Program-made: the position numbers and the translations under genes
Shown: piece after piece, positions 1 through 9,702 of the stretch
Position numbering within the stretch: the first letter of the stretch is position 1
How the letters are laid out: every line of letters begins with the position of its first letter
From: Bdellovibrionota bacterium
GTDB taxonomy: Bacteria; Bdellovibrionota_C; UBA2361; OMII01
Direction of reading: 5' to 3'
Length of the DNA: 64,000 nucleotides
Assembly (NCBI GenBank): GCA_044345405.1
Contig: JBIJBE010000003.1
Span: 79,751 to 143,750 of the forward strand
The notes under the pieces: generated by a model
The model's input: the letters and a program-made list of their open reading frames with translations, nothing else
What the model was told of the DNA's origin: nothing
The model's database searches: none

Positions 1-2
1 GA

Positions 3-782
3 CGCCGTCACGCTGGTATTCGCCCACGACTCGATAAGCGAGCGACCGCTCGTAATCGAGCCCGCAGGTGGATGTCGGTACGTCGAAGCCGTGAGGTCGG
101 TCCCGATGGTGAGAAACCTCGGTTCCCGTTCCACGAGGACGACATGCGGTACTACCACATCGTGCCGACAACCAAAGAGGCCTCGAACGCCGTGATCTTC
201 TGTATCATGGATACCTCGGGGTCTATGGGTACGGTGAAGAAGTACCTCGCGCGGAGCTTCTACTTTCTTCTGTATCAATTCGTTCGCCAGAAATACGCCA
301 ACGTTGAGGTGGTCTTTATCGCCCATCACACTGAGGCGAAAGAGGTGAGCGAGGAGGACTTCTTCCACAAGGTGGAGTCGGGCGGTACCTACATATCGTC
401 GGGCTATAAGAAGGCGCTTGAGATCATCGAGGATAGGTATCACCCATCGCTATGGAACGTGTACGCGTTTCACTGCTCTGATGGTGACAACTTCTACTCC
501 GACAATGAGCGCGCGCTTCAAGCCGCTGAGGAATTGTGTAAGGTGTGCAATCTCTTCGGCTACGGTGAGATAAAGCCCTCGGGAAGCGCCTACTACAGCG
601 GGAGCATGTTGGAGGTGTTCGGCGCTATCAAGGCCGATAACTTCCACATGATTACGATTGAGAAGAAAGAGGACCTCTGGGAAGGCTTCCGAAGCTTCCT
701 GCTGAAGGATAAGGCGAGCGGTGTTTCAGCTCACGGAAAAGTTTTTGGTGGGAGCGAGGGGGCGGCTTCGGCCGCGCCGTAG
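3..782 (+). CDS. yeaH: YeaH/YhbH (DUF444) vWA-like protein, 5' truncated by window edge
   Basis: Frame open from base 3; motifs IMDTSGSM, FIAHHTEAKEV, ESGGT, WNVYAFHCSDGDN; directly upstream of SpoVR. Confidence 0.9.
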   Translation, partial: RRHAGIRPRLDKRATARNRARRWMSVRRSREVGPDGEKPRFPFHEDDMRYYHIVPTTKEASNAVIFCIMDTSGSMGTVKKYLARSFYFLLYQFVRQKYANVEVVFIAHHTEAKEVSEEDFFHKVESGGTYISSGYKKALEIIEDRYHPSLWNVYAFHCSDGDNFYSDNERALQAAEELCKVCNLFGYGEIKPSGSAYYSGSMLEVFGAIKADNFHMITIEKKEDLWEGFRSFLLKDKASGVSAHGKVFGGSEGAASAAP

Positions 783-788
783 GAAGGT

Positions 789-2246
789 ATGTCACACAAT
801 ATCGACGAACTTGCGGATTGGGATAAACGGATACTAGAGCTCGTCCATCGTTACGGGCTGAACTGCTATCCCCAAGAGTTTGAGATCTGTGACCACAATG
901 AGATGCTGGGATACATGGCCTACACCGGTATGCCATCGCACTACCCGCATTGGTCGTACGGTAAGTCGTTCGAGCGGCAGAAGACGATGTACGACTACGG
1001 TGTATCTGGGCTTCCGTATGAGATGGTGATTAACTCTAATCCGTGTCTCGCGTACTTGATGCGGGATAACTCGCTCCTCTTGCAGGTGCTGACGATTGCC
1101 CACGTATATGGGCACAACGATTTTTTCGCCAATAACTTCACCTTTACCTCCGGCACGAAAGCTCAGCACGTTCTTCAGTCATTCAAGAGCCATGGGCAAC
1201 GTATCAGCTCATATCAAGAGGATCCCTCGATCGGTGTAGAGGCGGTCGAGAACATGATCGATCACGCGCACGCGATCTGTTACCAGCGGTCCCGCAATCT
1301 CGCCATAAAGCAGCTGTCTCAAGATGAGCAGGTGGTTCGCGCGTGGGAACGATCGCAGCCTCCAGCGGACCCCTGGAGAGAGATTCATCCCGCCCCTGAA
1401 TATAAGGCACCGAACCTCACCAGGGTGCCAGCGGAGCCGCAGGAGAACATTCTGCAGTTTATCGCCAAGTACAATCCGTACCTCCCTGAGTGGAAGAGGG
1501 ATATCCTTCTGATCGTTGATGCCCAGACGCAATACTTCATGCCGCAGATGGACACGAAGATCATGAACGAGGGATGGGCGAGCTACTGGCACCACAAGAT
1601 ATTAAACGAGCTGAAGCTCCCACAAGGGATGCACCTTGAGTTCCTGGTGCGGCACAACCAGGTATTACGTCCTCATCCAGGTGGACTCAATCCCTATCAC
1701 CTCGGTTTCGTGTTGTGGCACGACATCGAGCGTCGGTGGAACGAGGGGGATATCGGCAAGGAGTGGTCTGATGATAAGCCGCCGACCGCGGAGGGCATCA
1801 AAGACGAGAACGACACTCCAGGAAGGAAAAAGATCTTTGAGATCCGTGAAGCTGATCGCGATCAATCGTTCCTTCGTCGCTTCCTTACCCGTGAGATCAT
1901 GGAGGAGTTGCACCTCTTCCAGCATGAGCGAAGGGGTAAAGACCGCGTGGTTACCAAGGTGGCGAGCGAAGAGGGGTGGCGTGAGGTAAAAGAGAACCTT
2001 ATCAAGAACGTTGGAACCGGCTCTATCCCTGTGATTAAGATCGAGGACGCTGATTTCGGCAAGAACCGCACACTCTACATGAAGCACTACCATGACGGAC
2101 GAGATCTTCAGCTTGAGTATGCCGAGCACACCCTCAAACACGTCGCCGCGCTGTGGGAGCGTGAGGTCGTCTTAGAGACCTCTATCAACGGTAAGGAGTC
2201 GCTCCTGAAGTTGGTGGGGGATTCGCTTAAGATTGAGCGGTTGTAG
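789..2246 (+). CDS. spoVR: SpoVR/YcgB family protein
   Basis: YEMVINSNPC, AHVYGHNDFF, TKIMNEGWASYWH, NPYHLG motifs; canonical partner of YeaH. Confidence 0.93.
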   Translation: MSHNIDELADWDKRILELVHRYGLNCYPQEFEICDHNEMLGYMAYTGMPSHYPHWSYGKSFERQKTMYDYGVSGLPYEMVINSNPCLAYLMRDNSLLLQVLTIAHVYGHNDFFANNFTFTSGTKAQHVLQSFKSHGQRISSYQEDPSIGVEAVENMIDHAHAICYQRSRNLAIKQLSQDEQVVRAWERSQPPADPWREIHPAPEYKAPNLTRVPAEPQENILQFIAKYNPYLPEWKRDILLIVDAQTQYFMPQMDTKIMNEGWASYWHHKILNELKLPQGMHLEFLVRHNQVLRPHPGGLNPYHLGFVLWHDIERRWNEGDIGKEWSDDKPPTAEGIKDENDTPGRKKIFEIREADRDQSFLRRFLTREIMEELHLFQHERRGKDRVVTKVASEEGWREVKENLIKNVGTGSIPVIKIEDADFGKNRTLYMKHYHDGRDLQLEYAEHTLKHVAALWEREVVLETSINGKESLLKLVGDSLKIERL

Positions 2247-2308
2247 CGTTGCAATGGCCCGATGCTTGTCCCAGGCTTTTCGATGAAGCTCAGATACCTC
2301 CAGTTGCC

Positions 2309-2375
2309 ATACGGCCCGCCAGGAGTCGGGCCCTACCGGTTGTTGGGGTAGGGCCCGCGTCCTCGCGGGCCGTAT
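2309..2375. repeat. GTAG-type REP doublet (inverted pair)
   Basis: GTAGGGCCCGCGTCCTCGCGGGCCG (2348-2372) and inverted copy GTAGGGCCCGACTCCTGGCGGGCCG on the minus strand (2312-2336), intergenic. Confidence 0.75.
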
Positions 2376-2463
2376 CCTTCGCCCATCGATACGATTTGCG
2401 ACCTCTCTCAAGATCGTATACACATGCCTCACTGAAGCCGTGCATATACGAGAGTTAGCCGTT

Positions 2464-2826
2464 ATGACCACCCCTCTCAGGGTTTATCACTACCCGAAAT
2501 GCTCCACCTGCAAAAAGGCCCTGGCGTTCCTTCGCGAAAAGGGAATTCCATTTGAGGAGGTCGATATCTCGGTTACCCCGCCCTCAAAGGATGAGCTGCG
2601 AACCATGATTGAACGCCGAGGTGGTATTCGCACTCTCTTTAACACATCAGGCCAGCGATATCGGGAGGGGGGATTCTCCGAGAAGGTCGCGACGATGAGC
2701 GTAGAGGAGGCCGTTGAGGCGCTCGCGCAGGACGGAATGCTCGTGAAGCGACCCTTTGCGCTCGCTGGGGAGTATGGGCTAGTTGGATTTAAGCCGGAGC
2801 AGTGGGAGGTTCTTCGAACCGCGTAA
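2464..2826 (+). CDS. ArsC/Spx/YffB family protein
   Basis: YHYPKCSTCKKA CxxC, LFNTSG, MLVKRP motifs; start moved to ATG 2464. Confidence 0.9.
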   Translation: MTTPLRVYHYPKCSTCKKALAFLREKGIPFEEVDISVTPPSKDELRTMIERRGGIRTLFNTSGQRYREGGFSEKVATMSVEEAVEALAQDGMLVKRPFALAGEYGLVGFKPEQWEVLRTA

Positions 2827-2851
2827 TCTACATAGCTCCCACTATGTGGGG

Positions 2852-3856
2852 CTAGAACTCACTCATCCGCAGCTGTACGGATTTGAGGATGTTCAGGAAC
2901 GGTTGCTTCCGCGCCATATAGGTCGAGCCGGCGGTGGCATCCCAGCGAGACACCTCGGCGATTGATTTCTCAATTGCCTGGCGAGCTGTCTTGCATGCGG
3001 TGTCGTAGACCTTGCGGGCGTTCTCATTGCCCCCTAACGTCACCAGAACGTCGAGTACCTTATTCCATTCAGCTTGAAGTCTCTCCGCAATCGTATCGCG
3101 GTGCCACAGCAATCGGTATCCATCACCATTCTCAAGTGGCTTGTCGAGCTGGAGCTTTTCGACCTCGACATAGCTCTTCAAGTATCTTCCTCGAATCGCC
3201 TCAAGATAGGTTTGGAGTCGTTTCGTCGGAAGATCGAGCCTTTGGAAATGCTCTACCATCGATCCGGCGGCGCCCACGAGTCCGAGGAGTCGGTCATCGC
3301 TCGATGAGAGATCGTAATCTGTGGTGAGTTGCTGACAGAGGGTCAGATAGAGGGCGCTCAACCCACGCTTTTGGGAGGGGGTGATGGTGAGAGGCTCGAG
3401 GGCCGCGAGGTAGCTCGCGAAGCGTTCTCCATCCTCGATATGGAGCGATAACTTGGTGGAGTCGAAGTCGCGACCAACACCAACAAAATCCCATCCTCCC
3501 TTAACAGGTCCAACTTTGAGGCCGATGGCGGCGAGGGTGGGGGCCATATCCGCTTCAAACTGCTCTCGGAAGATCTGGCGTTGTGAGCTCTCCTCCCGGA
3601 TCGCATGCGCCATCAACTTCCGAGGAGGGACTTGAGAGTTCGGCGGTAGTTCTTCAAGCTGATTGACCATGCCTACGATCAGGCGTCCAAGGGTTGGGCC
3701 AAGGCCGGTGCCTTCGTTGTGAGCCTTAAGCCGGTCCGTTATGACGGAGAGGTCGATAGCGCTGTATCGTATCTCCGCCGCGGGAAGGGCCAGCTTCTCG
3801 GTGTTGAGCTGTTTTGCTGCAAGTTCTTCAGGTGAGGGTGGTAGCGGTTGTAGCAT
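2852..3856 (-). CDS. hypothetical protein, predicted helical
   Basis: Long ORF filling the gap between arsC-like gene and pntB; no recognised motif; probable ATG start at 3856. Confidence 0.7.
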   Translation of the reverse strand: MLQPLPPSPEELAAKQLNTEKLALPAAEIRYSAIDLSVITDRLKAHNEGTGLGPTLGRLIVGMVNQLEELPPNSQVPPRKLMAHAIREESSQRQIFREQFEADMAPTLAAIGLKVGPVKGGWDFVGVGRDFDSTKLSLHIEDGERFASYLAALEPLTITPSQKRGLSALYLTLCQQLTTDYDLSSSDDRLLGLVGAAGSMVEHFQRLDLPTKRLQTYLEAIRGRYLKSYVEVEKLQLDKPLENGDGYRLLWHRDTIAERLQAEWNKVLDVLVTLGGNENARKVYDTACKTARQAIEKSIAEVSRWDATAGSTYMARKQPFLNILKSVQLRMSEF

Positions 3857-3968
3857 GTGCCTCCCGGTGTAATCCTCCTTCCATTGTGGCAGAAGGAAAC
3901 CGCTACGCAATCCGCTACGAATTGAGACCGATTCCGACAGATGGAGAGAGGGGGCTCTCGGTGAAAGC

Positions 3969-5354
3969 CTAGTTAGCTTTCAGGCAGTTCACCAGCCCCT
4001 CACACACCTTCTTCGCGTCACCGAAGATGAGCGAACAGTTATCGAGGTAGAAGAGGTCGTTCTCCACACCTGAGTATCCAGGGTTCATCGAACGCTTGAT
4101 GACGTACACCATCTTAGATTTGTACGCCTCAAGGATAGGCATGCCGTAGAGCGGGCTTGATTTGTTCGTGCGCGCCGCTGGATTTACCACGTCGTTAGCG
4201 CCGATAACGAGAACGGCGTCGGCGCGAGCGAAGTCTGGGTTGATCTCCTCAAGCTCAAGCACTGAGTCGTAGGGGATCTCTGATTCAGCGAGGAGTACGT
4301 TCATGTGCCCCGGCATGCGACCGGCAACGGGATGGATAGCGAACTTGACCTCCACTCCTCGGGAGTGAAGCTGTTCAAAAAGCTCTTTGACCGCGTGCTG
4401 CGCTTGTGCGACCGCCATTCCGTATCCAGGAACAACGATAACACTTGAGGCGTTCTCAAACATGAATGCCGCATCCTCAGTGCTCGCCGAGCGGCACGCT
4501 TTTGTCTGCGCGTCAGCGGCCGCAGCCTCTGCGGTTGTTCCAAACCCTCCAAGGATCACGTTCATCAGTGAGCGGTTCATCGCCTTGCACATGATGTAGG
4601 AGAGTATCGCTCCACTTGAACCCACAAGCGCGCCCGTCGCGATGAGAAGTTGATTGTTGAGTGTGAATCCCGTCGCCGAAGCTGCCCAACCCGAGTAGGA
4701 GTTCAGCATCGATACAACGACCGGCATATCGGAGCCGCCGATTGGAAGAACGAGAAGGAACCCAAGAAGAAGGGCGATCGCCGTTGCCGCGACGAAGAGG
4801 GTGATATTGTGATCGTACGCGAAGAGCGCCGAGAGTACCACGATAGCTCCGATAAGGAGCGCGTTGAGCGCGTGTTGTCCCCTAAAAATAAGTGGCGCTG
4901 AGCCAAGTATCGCTTGCAGTTTTCCAAAGGCGATCAGAGAACCGGTAAAGGTAACAGCGCCGATTGCGCTTCCTACCACGAGCTCAGTAAGAAGGACCGC
5001 GTTGATGTGCCCCTCTTGAACGTGCATGAGGTAGGTGCCCGAGGCGACTAATACAGCGGCGAGGCCGACGAAGCTGTGGAGCGCCGCGACGAGCTGTGGC
5101 ATCGCGGTCATCTTGATGCGCGTCGCTAACGGCACGCCGATTACCGCGCCCGCCGCGAGACCTCCAAAGATGATGCCGTAGTTCGAAACGCTCGGATGAA
5201 AGAGGGTAACGACGATGGCGAACCCCATGCCGAGCATCGATAGGCGGTTTCCTCGAAGGGCTGTCTTCGGGTGGCTCAATCCCTTGAGGCCGAAGATAAA
5301 CATGATCGAGGCGACAAGGTACGCGAAGGCGAAGAAATCGGGACTTAGATTCAT
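3969..5354 (-). CDS. pntB: NAD(P) transhydrogenase subunit beta
   Basis: MPQLVAALHSFVGLAAV, DMPVVVSMLNSYSGWA, PGYGMAVAQAQH, HPVAGRMPGHMNVLLAE, IGANDVVNP. Confidence 0.97.
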   Translation of the reverse strand: MNLSPDFFAFAYLVASIMFIFGLKGLSHPKTALRGNRLSMLGMGFAIVVTLFHPSVSNYGIIFGGLAAGAVIGVPLATRIKMTAMPQLVAALHSFVGLAAVLVASGTYLMHVQEGHINAVLLTELVVGSAIGAVTFTGSLIAFGKLQAILGSAPLIFRGQHALNALLIGAIVVLSALFAYDHNITLFVAATAIALLLGFLLVLPIGGSDMPVVVSMLNSYSGWAASATGFTLNNQLLIATGALVGSSGAILSYIMCKAMNRSLMNVILGGFGTTAEAAAADAQTKACRSASTEDAAFMFENASSVIVVPGYGMAVAQAQHAVKELFEQLHSRGVEVKFAIHPVAGRMPGHMNVLLAESEIPYDSVLELEEINPDFARADAVLVIGANDVVNPAARTNKSSPLYGMPILEAYKSKMVYVIKRSMNPGYSGVENDLFYLDNCSLIFGDAKKVCEGLVNCLKAN

Positions 5355-5368
5355 GGTCGAGCTCTCTA

Positions 5369-5656
5369 CTATTTCTTTTTGAACATCGCTAAAATGCGAT
5401 TAGTCACAACGAAACCACCGAAGATGTTTATCGCCGCCAACGTGACAGCGAGGAATCCTACAACCTGAATCCATACTGATTGGCTCGCCTGAGGTGAGCC
5501 CGCCACGAGCATCGCGCCTATCACAAGGATAGCGCTGATCGCGTTCGTTACCGCCATGAGCGGGGTATGAAGAGCCGGCGTAACTCCCCAGATAACGTGG
5601 TATCCCACCAAGCAGGCGAGGGTGAAGACGTATATCGCGGTCATTGTTGGTGACAT
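5369..5656 (-). CDS. pntAB: NAD(P) transhydrogenase subunit alpha part 2 (membrane)
   Basis: [17 protein letters not shown] and [14 protein letters not shown] motifs. Confidence 0.95.
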   Translation of the reverse strand: MSPTMTAIYVFTLACLVGYHVIWGVTPALHTPLMAVTNAISAILVIGAMLVAGSPQASQSVWIQVVGFLAVTLAAINIFGGFVVTNRILAMFKKK

Positions 5657-5663
5657 GGCGCTC

Positions 5664-6797
5664 CTATTTTCCTTTCATGCGTAAGATACCTTGGTGAACG
5701 AGAAGCGACGCCTCGATGATGTCGTCCTCAAGATTCACGATGAATGTCGATTCCCCACTGTCGCGTTGTTTCACAAAGAGATCGAAGAGGGAGACAAGAT
5801 TGCGAGCGAAGAAGCTACTCGAATCGGTGGCCATCATCGCGGGATAGTTCGTGTGGCCGACGATCTTCACCCCGTTATAGTTCACGATCTCGTCAGGCTT
5901 GCTCAGCGCGCAGTTTCCTCCGCTTGGTGTCGCCATGTCGACGACAACGGAGCCGCATCTCATGTTGGCGACGACCGATTCAGAGATGAGCAGGGGAGCT
6001 TTGCGACCCGGCACGTTCGCTGTTGAGATGATGATATCGCTCTTTGAGAGCTTCTCATCGAGGGCGTCTTGAATTCGCTTCTTTGAATCCTCAGAGAGCT
6101 CCTTCGCGTAGCCTCCTGTTCCGCTCCCTGATTCGTCGAGCTGGATTTCGATCGGCTTGGCGCCAAGTGATAAGATCTGCTCGCGCGTCTCCGGGCGAAC
6201 GTCGTACGCCTCCACCGTAGCCCCGAGCTTGCGCGCTGTCGCGATCGCTTGAAGCCCCGCTACACCGGCGCCGAGAACGGTAACCTTGGTCGCTTTCGCG
6301 GAGCCGGCGGAGGTCATCATCATTGGGAAAAATCTGCCGTAATGTTGGGCCGCCTCAAGGACGGCGCGATAGCCGGCAATCCCAGCTTGTGATGAGAGGA
6401 CGTCCATCGCTTGAGCTCGCGATGTTCGGGGGATCGCCTCAAGCGCGAGCGCGTCCACCTTATCCTTAGCGAAACGCTCGAGGAGGTGCCCGTTACGATA
6501 CGGCTCAAGAAGCGAGACGATCATCGCGCCCGATTGAATGGTAGCGCTTTCCTGTTCAGTGGGAGGAGCGACCTTGGTGACGAGGTGTGTTGCCCACACT
6601 TCTCGCGGAGAGACGATTTTTGCGCCCGCGGCGTCGTAGTCCTCGTCTCGAAATCCGGCGGAGAGACCGGCGCCCTCCTCAATGTGAATATCGAATCCGT
6701 ACTTGGCGAGCCTCTTCACGGAGTCCGGGGTCGCCGCGACGCGGGTTTCTCCCTTGCTTGTTTCCTTCGGTACGCCGATCGAGATGCGTTTATCCAT
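5664..6797 (-). CDS. pntAA: NAD(P) transhydrogenase subunit alpha part 1 (NAD(H)-binding domain I)
   Basis: [51 protein letters not shown]; probable start MDKRISIG at 6797. Confidence 0.95.
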   Translation of the reverse strand: MDKRISIGVPKETSKGETRVAATPDSVKRLAKYGFDIHIEEGAGLSAGFRDEDYDAAGAKIVSPREVWATHLVTKVAPPTEQESATIQSGAMIVSLLEPYRNGHLLERFAKDKVDALALEAIPRTSRAQAMDVLSSQAGIAGYRAVLEAAQHYGRFFPMMMTSAGSAKATKVTVLGAGVAGLQAIATARKLGATVEAYDVRPETREQILSLGAKPIEIQLDESGSGTGGYAKELSEDSKKRIQDALDEKLSKSDIIISTANVPGRKAPLLISESVVANMRCGSVVVDMATPSGGNCALSKPDEIVNYNGVKIVGHTNYPAMMATDSSSFFARNLVSLFDLFVKQRDSGESTFIVNLEDDIIEASLLVHQGILRMKGK

Positions 6798-6989
6798 ACT
6801 AGTGCCCACCGTTAACGGTATGAGTAGCCAAGCCGGGGAGCTTCCGCCCTTAAGCAGGAGATCCTCGTATTGAGCAAGGTCGGTCAGGTCTTGAGGGAAC
6901 TTGAGTGCTAGTAGTTCGTAGGGGGTGTTAGGGGGGGCGAAAAAGCGGGGGGTGGGGTAACTGCTTGAAAGTAGGATGGGCAAGCCAAT

Positions 6990-7111
6990 CGGAGGGCGAC
7001 CAGTTTGTCCCCCGAAGCCTTGGCGAAGGGGGATCCTGGTCGCCGAAATGTCTCGTATCGCAAAAGGGCATCGCCTCACGCAACACGGCGGTCAGGAATG
7101 ACCGCCCTCCC
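6990..7111. repeat. REPIN-like palindromic element copy A (inverted relative to B and C) with nested 31-bp hairpin insert
   Basis: GGAGGGCGACCA[gtttgtcccccgaagccttggcgaaggggga]TCCTGGTCGCCGAAAT...CACGGCGGTCAGGAATGACCGCCCTCCC. Confidence 0.75.
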
Positions 7112-7145
7112 GGGTCTCAGGTTATGCGACGGATGTATTTCGTAC

Positions 7146-8579
7146 CTACTGCCGCTTAATCCAAACCTCTTTATCCCGCATCAGGGTCGAGAGGGAGACG
7201 CCCTCCTCAACCTGGATAGTTATCTCCACCGTGTCCCCCTCTACCTTGGGGGTAGCCGCCAAGATCCCTTTGAATTCGGCGGGTGGGTATTGAGGGAGGG
7301 CGAGACCGAGGTTGGCGAGGCCGCACTTTGGAATGACAATCTTATAGGTGGTTGGATCGACCTTGCTCATCCGCGCTTGGGCGCCCCCCTGGCTCAACGC
7401 GACGCGGAACGCCTCTTTATGGTCAGGCTCAAGGAACGAGAAGTCCGCTCGCTGCACCGTGAAGTCTGTCACAGGAGCCGCCGGTATGGGATTTGCGCGA
7501 AGCCCTGAAATGGAATCAGGTTTTGCGGCTGGTTGGTTAGTCGTTCCTGTCGGAAGATCTTTGGTGACGATTCCGGGGGCTTTGGTCGCTGGAGCCGCGG
7601 GTTGACCCTTGGGAAGTTTCTCCTCAGTGAGGTCTCCCTCGTTGATATCGTCAACGGGTACGTCAACGAGATCCTCTCCCTCTAGCTCGGCGGGGTCTGG
7701 AAGCTCTTCACCGCGCTCTAACGCTTGCGACGCTTTCGCGACCTCTTTATCAAGGGCCTCTTCAAGCTCCTTGTCGGTCATATCGGGAAGTTTCGGTGCT
7801 GTGGTTGTGATGCGTGGTTCTACGGATGGCTGTGTAACCGGAGCCTTCGTAAGAGCGATCGTGGGCGCGATCGTTGGCGCCTTTGTTGGAACGATTGTTG
7901 GCGTCTGCGTCGGGGTCACCGTTGCGGTCGGAGCTGGAGGTTTCGTGGGCTGAGCAGGAGCGGTTGTTGGCGCCGTTGTTGGTGCCGTCGTCGCTTTGAC
8001 GGCTGTTGGAGCCGCTTGAGCTTTCGTCGGTTCTAGTTGCGGAGCTGCTGGAGGAGTTGGTATCGCGGTAGCAACCGGCGCGGCTGGAGCGATAGGAGCG
8101 GCGGCGGGTGCGGCTCCTGACTCAACGATCCGAAGGGTGGCATGTCGAGGCCCTCCGCGCCACTCATAGTGAGGCACGGTTGGAGTTAAGAGGTCCATCA
8201 CAATTCTCAGCTTGTCGGCGTGCGCTCCGAGGCGGATCATTTTAATGACCGCATTTTTTGGAGGCACTAAATTCTCGCTGGTCTTGATCGATACTCCGTG
8301 AAAATCGATCACGATACGGGCGGGGTTCTCAAGGGTGAAGGATTCTACCTTCGCGTCTTGGGGAACCATGATCTTTAGGAGCAGGAGCGTTGCTTCGGGG
8401 GTCCGTTCGCGATCGATGATTACGTTGACCTTTTGTTTCGAGGAAAGGGTTGACGCACCAGTGGTGTCTTGGCCCGCCTGAGCATGAGCCGTTTCGACCG
8501 GACATTGTCCAGAAACGAGGAGTGAAGCCGTTACAGTGAGGAGGTGACCGAGGGGGAACGAGTGACGAGAGCGATTCAT
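7146..8579 (-). CDS. secreted AMIN-domain protein with long Pro/Thr/Ala-rich linker and acidic segment
   Basis: Signal-peptide-like N-terminus; FTLENPARIVIDF...IRLGAHADKLRIVMDL is a typical AMIN signature; TTAP/PTxAP repeats. Confidence 0.8.
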   Translation of the reverse strand: MNRSRHSFPLGHLLTVTASLLVSGQCPVETAHAQAGQDTTGASTLSSKQKVNVIIDRERTPEATLLLLKIMVPQDAKVESFTLENPARIVIDFHGVSIKTSENLVPPKNAVIKMIRLGAHADKLRIVMDLLTPTVPHYEWRGGPRHATLRIVESGAAPAAAPIAPAAPVATAIPTPPAAPQLEPTKAQAAPTAVKATTAPTTAPTTAPAQPTKPPAPTATVTPTQTPTIVPTKAPTIAPTIALTKAPVTQPSVEPRITTTAPKLPDMTDKELEEALDKEVAKASQALERGEELPDPAELEGEDLVDVPVDDINEGDLTEEKLPKGQPAAPATKAPGIVTKDLPTGTTNQPAAKPDSISGLRANPIPAAPVTDFTVQRADFSFLEPDHKEAFRVALSQGGAQARMSKVDPTTYKIVIPKCGLANLGLALPQYPPAEFKGILAATPKVEGDTVEITIQVEEGVSLSTLMRDKEVWIKRQ

Positions 8580-8763
8580 AGGGTCGTTGATTGAATGAGC
8601 TAAGGGGAACGTACACGCGCCATCCGCGCTCAATCGTGACCGTCAGTGGGACGGGACGTCGAGGCGGGAGCGAGCGTCGTTCACACTCGATAATACACGC
8701 TATCCCTAATCATCACTCGCAACCGCTCGAGTCGCAAGTTACCAATCGTATAAGGACGGGGGG

Positions 8764-9534
8764 TTACGCCCCAAGAGCCGCTTGAATCTCTTCCTTAATC
8801 GCGTTTTGCTTCGCTCTCGAGGCCTGCTCGGCGAGGGCTTGGCGTCTCTCCATCGCGCTCAGGAGCTTGCGTTGGCAGGCCGAGAGTTGAGATGTGTGTT
8901 TGCTGGTGAGCACCCAGCGGCGTTCCGCTCCTGTTTCATCTCGAACAGCTAGCATGAGCCGCCGTTGGTCGCCGAAGTCCTCCTCCATCTCCTCGGTACT
9001 TACCGAGACGTGCTCAGAGAAGCGGTGGGCGAACTCTCTTTGTGAGCCGAAGGGGGTCTCGGAGAACATCACCAGCGAGTCTGGAAAGAGGGTGATCCAC
9101 ACCGGAACGGGGCCGCGAGGCTCCTCTTCCTTTTGGGCGCCGAGGTCGGACTCCGGTTGTTGGTCATCGGAGAACTGGCGTTCAAGAAGCCCTTTAAACT
9201 GAGCCTGGGGAACCAAGTACTGTCCTTTCGCTTGCTGCGCGTAATGGCAGGCCGCTGCCCGAGCGGCGGTGTACTCGACGATAAGCTTCGGTTTGAGTGA
9301 GTGCCACGCCTTTGAAGTCGCGACCTGGAAGGCGAAGGGGATGATCAGGAAGGTTCCCCAAAAATACCACTGCTCACGCATCCCCACCGCCATCGCCCAT
9401 CCAAACATCAGGACCACCAGGATAGTGGAAATGGCGGTTGATTGGGCCCGGGAGACTACCTCCGCGCGCTCCTCTGGGGGTATCTTTTGCCAGATGTCCT
9501 GCAGCAGCGCTTCGTTTACTGAATTTGTTTCCAT
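8764..9534 (-). CDS. hypothetical membrane protein (two N-terminal TM helices)
   Basis: Hydrophobic segments ILVVLMFGWAMAVG and YFWGTFLIIPFAF; probable start METNSV at 9534. Confidence 0.7.
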   Translation of the reverse strand: METNSVNEALLQDIWQKIPPEERAEVVSRAQSTAISTILVVLMFGWAMAVGMREQWYFWGTFLIIPFAFQVATSKAWHSLKPKLIVEYTAARAAACHYAQQAKGQYLVPQAQFKGLLERQFSDDQQPESDLGAQKEEEPRGPVPVWITLFPDSLVMFSETPFGSQREFAHRFSEHVSVSTEEMEEDFGDQRRLMLAVRDETGAERRWVLTSKHTSQLSACQRKLLSAMERRQALAEQASRAKQNAIKEEIQAALGA

Positions 9535-9702
9535 CGACCCAAAGGAAATTATTACCCGTCGTTCTTTCGCACAGCCGCTAACCCGTTGATTCGCCAAAGC
9601 TTATCGGGCCTCGCCGTTCGGGTGTCTCATGGGTAGCACAAGTCGTACCGCCCGAAGGGGGAAAGAGCGCAACTTTTCGGCCAGTTCCCCGAAAAGCTCC
9701 TC

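Noticed and set aside
2249-2458. 69-aa ORF between spoVR and the ArsC-like gene
   Set aside because: Lies over the REP doublet; no coding signal.
6798-7079. N-terminal extension of PntA in the ORF track
   Set aside because: It runs through REPIN copy A and intergenic DNA; homology to PntA starts at MDKRISIG (6797).
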